Shown here one piece after another: positions 17,221 to 29,737 of a DNA stretch of 64,000 bases (the stretch's first letter is position 1; each line of letters opens with the position of its first letter). The stretch is taken from assembly GCF_009914755.1 (NCBI RefSeq), contig NC_060926.1; one strand, 5' to 3'. Source of the stretch: the human T2T-CHM13v2.0 reference genome, Homo sapiens. A program made the translations under genes and the position numbers. The notes under the pieces are model-generated. The model did not search any database. It had not been told where the DNA came from and worked only from the letters and a program-made list of their open reading frames with translations.

Positions 17221-17838
17221 TGGCCACACAATCTTTTTCTGATACTTTGAGTCTTGAGAGTACGTGAGATTGATTGGGCTGGGCCCAGGGCCACTGCAAG
17301 GCATGGGAGAGTGTGTTTAGGGAATCAAGGGATGTGGGTTATGGCCCTGGTGCTTGTGGTCAGCAGGTTTGCAGGTTCCTGGGGGCAACTGTTGCGTCTG
17401 AAGGGTTCCTGGCTACCTTCTCCATTCATGGATGGGCTCTGGGAGCTGGGCCTCAGGAAAGGCAGGGGAAGGGGTGGTCAGGAGTAGCTCAGAGGCGGTC
17501 CAGCTAGGACCTGAGAGCTTTGGACCTATTTGTGTGGGGAGTGAAGACGACGAGGTGGCCCTGGAAGGCTCTGCTCAGTTCTTTGCCAAGATGGAAAAAC
17601 AGCCCATCCCTAGAAAAACTCTTTCCACCACATTAGGCCATTTAGTTAAAAATTGCCCAGTTAGTGGTCTTGGGACTTTGGTCCTGCTGTAGCCACAGAA
17701 GGCCTGATGTACTGGACAGAGCTGGCTCCCAGGCCCACCCCAGCCCACCTCCCAAATCAGGGGCTTGGAGAACCAAGAGTCGCAGTCCAGATGCTTGTCT
17801 CATTCTCAAGGATCCCCCGACTGCTTAGGACATTTGGA

Positions 17839-18916
<1,078 letters not shown>

Positions 18917-19099
18917 CACCCGCAATGCACTTCTGCCTTTCTGGCCCTTGGGAGGCTCAGACCCCTTCCTGTCTATCCCAGCAGCCGCTTCCCTCTGCGC
19001 AGAGGAGAGGAGGCATCAGTTAGGCGCTTCCCGAGGAGGGTTACCAAAATCCCCAGATGTGCCTGCAGGGCCCCCTCCTGACCTTCCCGGCCTGGTGCT

Positions 19100-19440
19100 C
19101 AGGGTGTGGGGGTGTGGAGGGGGAGCACTGGGGGGCTGGGGGGAGGGCAGCTGCGGGGTGACGGAATGGGGTGGCAGAGACGAAGGGGTAGAGTAAGATG
19201 AGGGAGATGAGGGCCGGGATAGGAGAAGGGAGGAGGGCAGGGACAATGGTGTGGGTGGGGAAGAATAAGGTGGAGAGAGTGGGGAGAATAAGCTGAGGGA
19301 GTGGAGTGGGGACAAGGAAGGTAGAGGAATGGGGGGAGGGAAGTGGAGAAGCGGGAACTATGTGGTGGGTGGGAGATTTGAATGGAGGAGGGGGTAGGAG
19401 GAGGTGTTAGAAGGAGGAGGGTGAGGGGAGGGAGTACTGA
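19100..19440 (+). repeat. G/A-rich low-complexity tract
   Basis: Purine-rich with many GGG/GGA runs. Confidence 0.8.
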
Positions 19441-21210
19441 AGTACTGATGGGCCAGGAATGAGCCCCAAGAGGTTGGTTCAGCCCACTTGTTCCAAGAGG
19501 GTGGGGAAGAAGAACTGGGTGGGGAATGGGTGGCTGCGTGGAGAGCTGGGGGAGGGGAGAGCCCATTCCTTCCCCAGCATCAGCAGCATCAACAACGGGT
19601 GTAACTTACCAACTGGTTTCTGCTCAAGTCAGCACTTACTGGGCACCTCCCCATGCCAGGCACAGTGCCCTGGTGGGCAGGTACACCCCACCATGTGGCC
19701 CTCCCAGAGCTCTCCACTGGGGGTTGACCTTGGAGCCTGCCCTGGTATCTGTGCTCCAGCCCCTTCGCTATGAGATGAGCACCACCTTTTCCATTTCTCA
19801 GATTGAAGCCAGCGGGGAGGTGGGGAGAGTGGGGCCCTGGTCACCCCGGAGGACCTGCCAGCTGTCCAAAGGTCTCTGAGTGCTTCGCCAGGGCAGGTGC
19901 CCCAGGAGAGGAATGCCAGCAACTGGGGTGTGGCCTGTGCCACCTGACATTCGCCTGCCCGGCCCTCACAACGCTGGGAGTTTCCCAGGCATGGTGCTGG
20001 GGAGCTGGGTCCAGCTGGGCTTCAATACTTGTCCTGCCTGGACCTTCTCAGAGCTTTGGCTTCCTCTTCTTGGCAATGAGGCTGATAATTTACCCTCTTT
20101 ACAGAGCCATTGGGTGGTCCGTTCAGCAGCAAACATTTATTGGACACCTGCCGGGTGCCAGGCCCTGTGCTGGGCTGGATGTGGGGTGGCTGTAGGGCAG
20201 CAGGTGGCTGGGGTCCTCTGCGCTTGGAAGGAGATGCAGCTGCCCCAGCCTGGGCATACAGCAGGCACAGCAAGCATACCAGATTTTCCTTGAATTCTCA
20301 ACAGGTTGCACATGCACCCTTGTCCCATCCTCATGGCAACTTCTTGGGACCCCAGCCCTGAGAGGCAGCCCACCCCTCTGCTGGCCTCCTACCTCTACCC
20401 TGGGCTTGCATTTGAGGAACAAGCCCTATCAGCGCCTATAGCCTCTGCCAACAGTCCCCGCATGGCCTGTGGGCCCCTGGGAGCTGCCCTGAACTAGCAT
20501 TTCCATTTCCCTTTCTTCATCAAAGAGGTGGCTGCCTTTGCGCTGTCAGTTTGCCTTCACGCTAAGGCCTTGCAGCTTTAGCTCAGGGTTGGTTCAGCCT
20601 GCTTGTCCCTAGCTGGATGACGGCAGTCACCCTGATAGCACAGGGGATTTCAGGGTGGAGCCCTGTGGAAGCTCCAAGCTCCCTTTGAGCCAGGAGGTCC
20701 CAGGCTCCCCACTTGCTAGCTGTGGAATTTCAAGCCTAAGTTTCCTCTTGGTCTCAGTTTCTAGATCTGTAAAATGAGGCTAATCTACTACTCGCTGGGG
20801 CTGTTGTGAGCGTTAAATGTACCTTAGCTGGGGCCAGCACGCAGTCGTGCTTGATAGAAAGAAATAGATGCATTTAAGCTGTTATGAATATTCTGCAAGA
20901 CTTCAGCGCTTTGCCCACCCAGCATCCCTTCTCCTCCTTCCAGCCACTCCTTCCTTCCAGAGTGTGCTGTGGGTGGGGCATGTGACCTGGTCCTAAGCCA
21001 CGTCCCCATGCCATCCGCTGGCGTCAGGGATTGGCTGGGGGATGGACAGGTGATCTACTCAGCCAATGAGCTGTGCTGGGGGTTTTTCCGGTAATATCGA
21101 GAAATAGATTCTTGCTCCTTGAATAGGATTTGAAGCTGAGTGACTTTCTTGGACCATAGGGAGAAACCTTGTCTGAGAATGAAGCCAACAACCTTGGGGT
21201 CATCAGTTGA

Positions 21211-21745
<535 letters not shown>

Positions 21746-22252
21746 TTCAAGTCTTGATTCACAGGTTATCCCCTCCGAGGCATGCCCTGACTGGCTCAAA
21801 ATTACATGCTCAAGACCTCGCCTACCCTTTCTGATTTATTTTACTCCTTAGCACCTGTAACCATGTGACATACTCTATGAAATATTTATCTATTTTGTTC
21901 ATTCTCTGTCTCTCCCACTAGAATGTCAGCTCCATGAGGGAAGAGATTTTCATGTGCTGTTCACTGCGGATCCATAGAACAGAGTACCCGGAAAAGAGTC
22001 TGGCATAGAACGGGTGTTCAGTATTGAATAAATAAGTAGCCAGGGGTCTCAGGAGGTGGCAGTGCCATGGCAGTTTGAAGGCTTCCGAAGGAGCCATCCA
22101 CTTGAGAAGCCCCCAGGGGAGAGCACAGCATGTGGCTGCTGTGGTCAAGCAATTCTTTTCTGACTTAAACCAGCTGGATTAATTTTTTTTATTTCAGGGC
22201 AGGGCGGTGGTCACTTTCAGCCTTCAGGGACGCCTGAGTTGTGCTTGGCAGC

Positions 22253-22285
22253 CTGCAATACTGGAGAGCTGCCCCTGGAGGGCGC
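22253..22285 (+). promoter_or_regulatory. Candidate CTCF site with upstream motif
   Basis: CTGCAATACT-N7-TGCCCCTGGAGGGCGC resembles the CTCF upstream motif plus core; CpGs are locally retained. Confidence 0.45.
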
Positions 22286-22543
22286 AAGGGAATCCCGTTG
22301 CTGCACTCGGACGCGCAGTCACTAGACATGAGAGATGACGGTGGTGGTAGCAGTAATGGAGCATTTGCCTTTAGGCCTCTTTTAACTTTCACAACAGCCT
22401 ACAAGACAGGTACCATTATCCCCGTTTCCTAAGGGAGGAAACCAAGGCGCAGAGAGGCTAAGTAACGTGCTCACGGTCCCTCAGGGTTAAGTGGCAGAAC
22501 CAGAAAAGAACCAGAAGGAAAGGAGATACAAGTCACCATTTTT

Positions 22544-23107
<564 letters not shown>

Positions 23108-24161
23108 TTAATTGGAGACCTGAAAGAGGACTAGGAAATAGGCAGGTGAAGAGGTGTGGGCAAAGACCTGAGGATATGGGGGTGACTGATGAATTTCTTC
23201 GAGGCTCTTGGCATGAGTAGAGTGAATGTTTACCCCAACCCGATGAGGCAAAGGCACCGCAACTTTCCTAGCCCACATTTCCATCCGTTTGCCCTTTACT
23301 GTAAACATTCAAAAGATGCATCCACCTCCTTCCACTCTGGCAGAACAGAGGACCTTATCTGCATGCCAATCTCGGATTATCTGTAGCCCAATCTCAGAGC
23401 TGTCTGAGCACTGGGCTTTGTAGTTTCCAGACCAGCCTCTGGGACAGGAAGTGGGGGGCTCAAGGGTTGTAGGGCCAGTGCCTTGCAGAGGCTGGGAATC
23501 CCCTTCTCAGGACCTGAAGACCCTGGAAACTGGAAGCCCCCCACCCACACAGAGGCACCCTGTCCCATAGCTGGCTCAGCTTCCAGCTCCCTGGGGCGCT
23601 GGCCTCCTTCGGGGAGATATTTTACAACCAAAGTTTTCTTCTTTTATGTCCAGCAGCACGTGGGTGGGGTCAGGCTGCCTGGGCTGCAATCCCACCTGGC
23701 CACTTGGCATCTCTTAACCTCTCTGGGCTTTACTTACCTTATCTGGAAAATAGGTTGAATGGCTTATTAATTGTGATGTGCGTACAGCAATGTCTGGCAC
23801 ATAATCAGTGCGACTCTCATTATTGTAGTATGAATGTGATTTGATGCTGTAATTTCTCCTCTCTTCAGGGTGCCGGTGTCTTTTTCTCTCAATACTCCAA
23901 GAAATGAGCGTCCAGCATGGATGTGAAGGGATGCTTGCTGCACCTGGAGTTTCAAGATGCCGCTGGGGAAAAGGGAGGCTGCTAGCAAACACCATTTTGG
24001 AGGGGGCTGTATGAAGGAGAAAAGTAGCCTAGAGCCGGAACTCAGATTTTCTAAAGGGGATTCAGGCGGCCAGAGGATAGTAGAGGGCCAGAAAGGAGGT
24101 CCCCAAGGAGGCTTCGGGGTAGGGTGTGAGGGGATCCTCAGGCAGACTGGGGAGCTGAGCC

Positions 24162-24710
24162 TGTTGTAACCGAGCGAGTTACAGAGAAACGCCGCACTTT
24201 GAGACGAATTCAGGGGTCCTTTATTAGCTGGCGACTGAGAGACAGCTAGTGCTCAAAATTCTCTCAGCCCCAAAGAAGGGGCTTGATTTTCTTTTATACT
24301 TTGGTTTAGAAAGGACAGGTGGGGGTCTAAAACAATCTTACAGAAGTAAAGCAGGCAAAAAGTTAAAAGGATAAATGGTTACGGGAAAGCAAACAGTTCC
24401 AGGTGCAGGGGCTTAAAATCTATCACAAGGTGATAGACACGGGGCTTTGGGCGTTATCAACCGGACACAAACGCCGGGGCTCTGGGTGCTATTAACCGGG
24501 CGAATTCCTGGGAACTGCGGATATAGCTTGCCACAGTATCTTATCAGTTAATTGCATTCTTGGATGTGCTGGGAGTCAGCTTGCACAAATTAAGTCCTTG
24601 AGGAAGCGGGGTGGGTAAGGGGCTGCAAATGAAAGAGCCAAGATGGAGTCTGTCTGGCTCTCTTAGCTAAGGGAGAGTCAATTCAGGTTAAAACAAGGTA
24701 GGGTATCACA
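24162..24710 (-). mobile_element. Solo ERV1 LTR (LTR6-like, HERV-S71 family)
   Basis: 549 bp, TG...CA termini, 4-bp TSD AGCC (24158-24161 and 24711-24714); minus-strand TATAAAA (~24291-24298) and AATAAA (~24220-24225); minus strand starts TGTGATACCCTACCTTGTTTTAACCTGAATTGAC. Confidence 0.85.
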
Positions 24711-25659
24711 AGCCCACTTAACAAGGGCAGCAGGACCCCAAGAAGAAAAGCTTTAGGAGTCTCCACAGTGGGCCCAGGGCAGTTCCACACAGGTCTCTGA
24801 GGCCCCACAGACAGGAGAGCTGTGACGACTCCCTTAGTGCCCAAGAAAGCAAGGAGGTGGTGGGCAAGGGGCTCCCAGAGGCCTTGGGGCACTAGAGGGG
24901 AGATGGAGCCGAGGGAGTGGCTCTGCAGGCCCCTCTCTGAGAGAGTGCATGAGGTGTGGCCCCAGGCCCAAGGGTAGGGGGTGCACAGGGTGAGGGAAGG
25001 GAGGAGAGGAAGAGGAGGAGGAGGTGGTGGCCACAGCGGGATGGCACTCAGCCAGGTTCAGCTTCGTGGGAAAGGTCCCAGGTGGGCCGGGCTAGCACTG
25101 GGGATGCCCTGGCTCTGTGTCTCGGTTGGGTGGCTGACTCCTCCTGGAACGCATCCCTGACATCCTCCAGGCTGGCTTGGGGATACTCTGGGGACACACA
25201 GTGCCCAGGCTTCCGGCCTCCCAGCCCTGGCTCCCTGTGGACTCAGCTGCCCCCAACAAGCCTGCGAGCCACTGGAGAGCAAGGGCAGGCTGTCCTTGCC
25301 ATCCAGATGCCTGGCACAGAAGGGGTTCTCACCTTCGGGGTATGGGCTGACTCAGTGGGTTTCTCCTCCCTCCAGCTCTAACCTGCCTGTGGAATAAACA
25401 AATCACTCCTCTGGGTTGTCTAGCTGGTGCAGGCCCCAGGGCGACGCCCCTTTGAGGGGAAAATGGGGGCATTCCAGTTTCCATGAGCCCTGGGACTCCC
25501 CTCCTTCCCACCACTGCTGCCTACCCTCCGGTTCCAGGTATGCAGGCTTCCTCCCTTCTGACGGTTCCTGCTGCTGGAGTCGTCCTTCCTGAAACCCTGC
25601 CTTTGCTTAGCCTCATTCCCATCTCTCAGTCCCATCCTGCAGCTGGGCAGGCAGTGCTG

Positions 25660-25790
25660 GGCCCCGGAAATGCCCTCTGCCTCCCTGGAGCACGTGGCCT
25701 GTGATTTTCCTTGAGCACAGCACTTTGTGACTTTGATGTAAACATCAAACACAGCCCCCTTTCCTGTCTTCGCATCCAGGAAATAGGTTA
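25660..25790 (+). promoter_or_regulatory. ZAP70: ZAP70 TATA-less proximal promoter
   Basis: ETS motifs CCGGAAAT (25664), TTCCTG (25761), CAGGAAAT (25777); E-box CACGTG (25691); TCF/LEF CTTTGATGT (25731); forkhead GTAAACA (25738); directly upstream of exon 1. Confidence 0.75.
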
Positions 25791-25888
25791 GTTTCAGACA
25801 AGCCTGCTTGCCGGAGCTCAGCAGACACCAGGCCTTCCGGGCAGGCCTGGCCCACCGTGGGCCTCAGAGCTGCTGCTGGGGCATTCAG
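25779..25888 (+). other. ZAP70: ZAP70 exon 1 (5' UTR; start approximate)
   Basis: Matches the ZAP70 mRNA leader as I recall it; donor CAG/gtaagc. Confidence 0.85.
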
Positions 25889-26129
25889 GTAAGCGGCTGT
25901 CCTCGGGCCTTCTGCCTGTGTCCTGCCACCAGGGCCACCCCAGGGGGCTCTGGGAGACCTGGCAGAGGATGAACCCCCCCCATCCATGAGTGAGAAACCC
26001 TGGCGGGGTGTGACATCCTCCCCCGGGGTGTGTGCGGAGAGTGTGAGCGGCAGGGCCTCCCTCTCAGGCTGGGGGCTTGGGCTGCAGGGAAATCCAAACC
26101 GGCTTTGTAAGCCCCGATTCCTCACCCAG

Positions 26130-26208
26130 AACCGGCTCTCCATTGGCATTGGGACCAGAGACCCCGCAAGTGGCCTGTTTGCCTGGACATCCACCTGTAC
26201 GTCCCCAG
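26130..26208 (+). other. ZAP70: ZAP70 exon 2 (5' UTR)
   Basis: Acceptor ttcctcacccag, donor CAG/gtaagt; matches the recalled mRNA leader. Confidence 0.88.
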
Positions 26209-28539
26209 GTAAGTGGTGCCTGGGTGGAGTGGCACCTGGCCACCGTCTCCATGGTGGGCTGTGTCTGGAGGAGGAAGACAGAATATTAACTGGGAGTCAG
26301 GAGGTTGCTGGGAGGACCAGGAGAGCTGGAGGACTGGGCTGGGTGGTGACTGGCTGGAGATGGAGGCAGACGGGGCCTGTGGCCACGCTGAGGGAAGCAG
26401 CTCCCCCTCCAGAGGCTTGGCCGAGCGGGGCTGTTCAGGGGACACGGTGAGGCCTGCTCAGTCCCTGGGCTCCTGCTGGGCCCTGTTTGGCTGCATCCTT
26501 GGCTCTCGGAGGCAGAGAAACCTCCAGAGAAAGCGCATGTGCACTCTGTGAAGATGAGGGGGCTGCTCACCAGGGCCGTGAGCTCCATCAGCAGAATGCT
26601 GTGATTCCTGTGAGGAGTCCAGGGCAGGCTTGAGCCACTTGTAGGCGAGCTCAGGTTAGAGGAAGACCTGGAGAGAGAAAGAGCAAAACACCGAGTTCTC
26701 CTCAACTGCTGTGTGTTCTCGGCAAGTTGCTTGGCCTCTCTGACCTCAGTTTGTGCATCTGTTAAATGCACATGCAGATATGGGCACCTGGCAGGCGCCT
26801 GGTTCCTGACTGTTGGCGAGAGGCTGGGAAATGTGTCCCAGGTAGGAAGCATCCCCGACAGGAAGGAACAGGAGTTCATGAGGTGAGCAGCTCGAGATGA
26901 TTCATTACTCTCGTCTTGGTTGGAACAGTAGGCAGACAGGAGGTGTTTAATAATGCCTTGCTGAGAGATCAGGGTCAGGGACTCCTAAGGTGCCACCTGT
27001 GAAGCTGCCTCCTGCTGAATCCAGAGCTTCCTTTTCCTCTTCACACCTGCCCTCCATCCTCAGCCCCACTGCCCTGGCAGTGTTGCGGGGGTGGTGTTGA
27101 TGTGCACACTCTGGAGCCTGGGGGCCTGGCTTCACATTCTGGCTCTGCCACTCACCAGCTGTGTGACTGGACCAGTCACCGCATCTCTCTGTGCTTCCCT
27201 CCCAGGGCTCTCGGGAGGATAAAGAGAGTGACTGTATCCACACTGCCCGGCACATACAGGTGCTGCAGAAAGGTCTCACTAAAACCCTCATTATCCTCAC
27301 TAGCTCTGGGTGGCCTCGGGCTCTGGACTCCACAGTTCCTGTATGCTCTCCGGGGCTGCAGCACCCAGACCACCCCGTGCTGACCACTCCCTGCCCCACC
27401 CCAAGGTACAGGGTTAAGGCAGCCATTCTCATCAGAGCCAATTTTACCTCCTCCCGTCTCCCTGGGACAGTTGATAGTGCCTGGAGACAGTTTGGGTTGT
27501 GACCCAGCGGGTGTTACTGGCATCCAGCATGTCCAGGACAGGAATCCTGTGAACAGCCTACAAGGCCCAGGACAGTCCCACCCTGTTCCATTGTCTCTAT
27601 CAGCCCCTATCCTCCTGACTCACACCGCCTTTTCCCATCTCCCTTTTACAGTCACAGAGCCTGAGGCCCAGAGAGGGACCGCTGCTTGCTGAGGTCACAC
27701 AGGCAGTGGAGGCCGGAGTTGGGGGCCTCACTGGAGGGGCGGTGGAAGGGCATTGTTCAATCAACAGACACTTGGAGAGTGTGCTGGGTTGGGGAATCTG
27801 ACCCTGACCCCGCACCAGCCCAGCTCTCCAGGGTCTCCTAATAGACATTTGCTGGAGTGGTTAGTGCTGGCTGCTGCATTGGACAGACCTGAGTTCAAAT
27901 CCTGGTGGCCCCTTGCAGGCTGCATGTTCTGAGAGTGACATTGACCTCTCCGAGCCTCAGTTTCTTTAGCTGAGGAGTGGGATAACAGTTCCCACCAAAT
28001 GTAGTTGTGGTGAGAATTAGAATAAATGGCTAATGCTCGCAAAGGGTAGTGCAGTCCCCAGCACAGAGGCTGTTGTGATTGTCCTTACACACTTGACAAA
28101 TATTTGTGGGGAGGAAGCAGGAGCTTCCATAGAAAACAAGACAGAGCCGTGGGCCCTGCCTCGGGGAGCTCAGCCTGGTGAGGGACTGAGGAGCAGAGAC
28201 AGAGGCCATCAGGGCTGTGATGTGGGAGGATGGGGACCCTGGAAGCCTAGGGGAGGTGCCTGACCCAGGCTGGGGAGGGGGCAGGGCTCATGGAATGCTT
28301 CTGGGAGGATGGGACAACGGAGGAGGCCTGAAGCCGGAGGCCCAGTAGAAGGATGCAGCGCAGTTCTGGGCTGAGGGAATAGCCTGTGGCCAGGATCCTC
28401 AGGATGGGCCCCTCCTCTCCCGCCATCCTCCACCCAAGGAAGCCCCTGTGGCCCCTCACCCCTTCCCAGGTGTCAGGTTCCACCGGTGCTCAGAGGCATC
28501 CCCACCCATCCCAGTGGACTGCAGACCTTTGTAGGTACC

Positions 28540-29050
28540 TGGTATATTGAGCACCTCCTCTGTGCCATGCTGGTATAGGTAGGAGAACAAGACAAAGGCT
28601 CCACTCCCGTGGTGCTTACATTCTGGCAGGGACAAAGGTACTATGTCACCAATAGATACAATATCATCTTTTAGGTGGTGAAGAACAACAAAGCTGGGTC
28701 AGGGCTAGAGAGAGAAGGAGAGGCTATTTTGGAGAGGGAGGTCAGGGAAGGCCTCCTGGAGGAGGTGACTTAGGCAGAGACCTGAATAAAGTGGAAGGTG
28801 TTGGAGGAAGAGTCTCCAGGCAGAGGGAACAGACAGTACAAAGGCCCTGAGGCTGCACCATGCCTGGTTTGTCCGAGGGACCTGAACGAATAACATGAGG
28901 AGGCCCGTGTGGCTGGAGGGGAGTGAGTGGCGGGGGGTGGTGATGGGCATCATGAAGGGCCTTGGGGGCCACCCTGAGGACTTGCATTTTCACCCCGAGT
29001 GAGGTGGGAGCCTAGAGGGCTTCAAGCAGAGAAGAGGATGTGATGGCATG
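28540..29050 (-). mobile_element. L2 fragment
   Basis: gtcagggaaggcctcctggaggaggtgacttaggcagagacctgaa...aggcagagggaacagacagtacaaaggccctgagg. Confidence 0.75.
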
Positions 29051-29520
29051 ACGGGGGCCAGCAAGTCTCACCCCAGGGAGTCCCTGCAGCCCCAGTGCTG
29101 GACACCTTCACTGGCCCTGCTTTCCGGAGGAGGTCTGGCGAGCTTCACTCGCTGCTGAGGCTGCACTGTGACCATGTGGTGGGTCCACGATTCCATGATT
29201 TGAATCCAATCCCTGCAGTCAGGAAAGACATATGAAGGAGGAGCCTGCAGCCATGGCTAACTGCGGCTGTGTGGCTCATGGCGTCACCAAGCTGGCGTGT
29301 GCTGACGACCAGTGCCTATGCTGCCTCTGTTGGTGGGCACAGGCGGCCCGAGCACAGCTGGGGGATTAAGGAGCAGGGAACATGGCTTCAGAGGGACTTA
29401 GGGTCTCAGGTGAGGACTAGGGGTTCAGAGAGAGAGAGCCAGGAGCTGGAGTGGGAACAGGGTGGTGGGGGGGCAGTAGGAGGAGGTGGGGCGGTGAGGG
29501 GCTGGGGCCCTGCTCCTGCA

Positions 29521-29737
29521 GAGCCTTGGATGGGGACATGTCAAGCCTCTGGCTGGGGGGACATGCGGAGCCTCTGGCTGGAGAGACATGCGGAGCCTCT
29601 GGCTGGGGGGACATGCGGAGCCTCTGAGCCTCTGGCTGGGGTGACATGTGGAGCCTCTGGCTGGGGGGACACGAGGAGCCTCTGAGCCTCTGGCTGGGGG
29701 GACACGTGGAGCCTCTGGCTGGGGGGACATGTGGAGC
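29521..29737. repeat. GC-rich minisatellite in ZAP70 intron 2 (25-bp unit)
   Basis: AGCCTCTGGCTGGGGGGACAYGYGG about 7-8 times; two units carry an extra GAGCCTCT 8-mer. Confidence 0.92.

Noticed and set aside
18992-19005. Perfect 14-bp palindrome CCTCTGCGCAGAGG
   Set aside because: About four such palindromes are expected by chance in 64 kb (64000/4^7).
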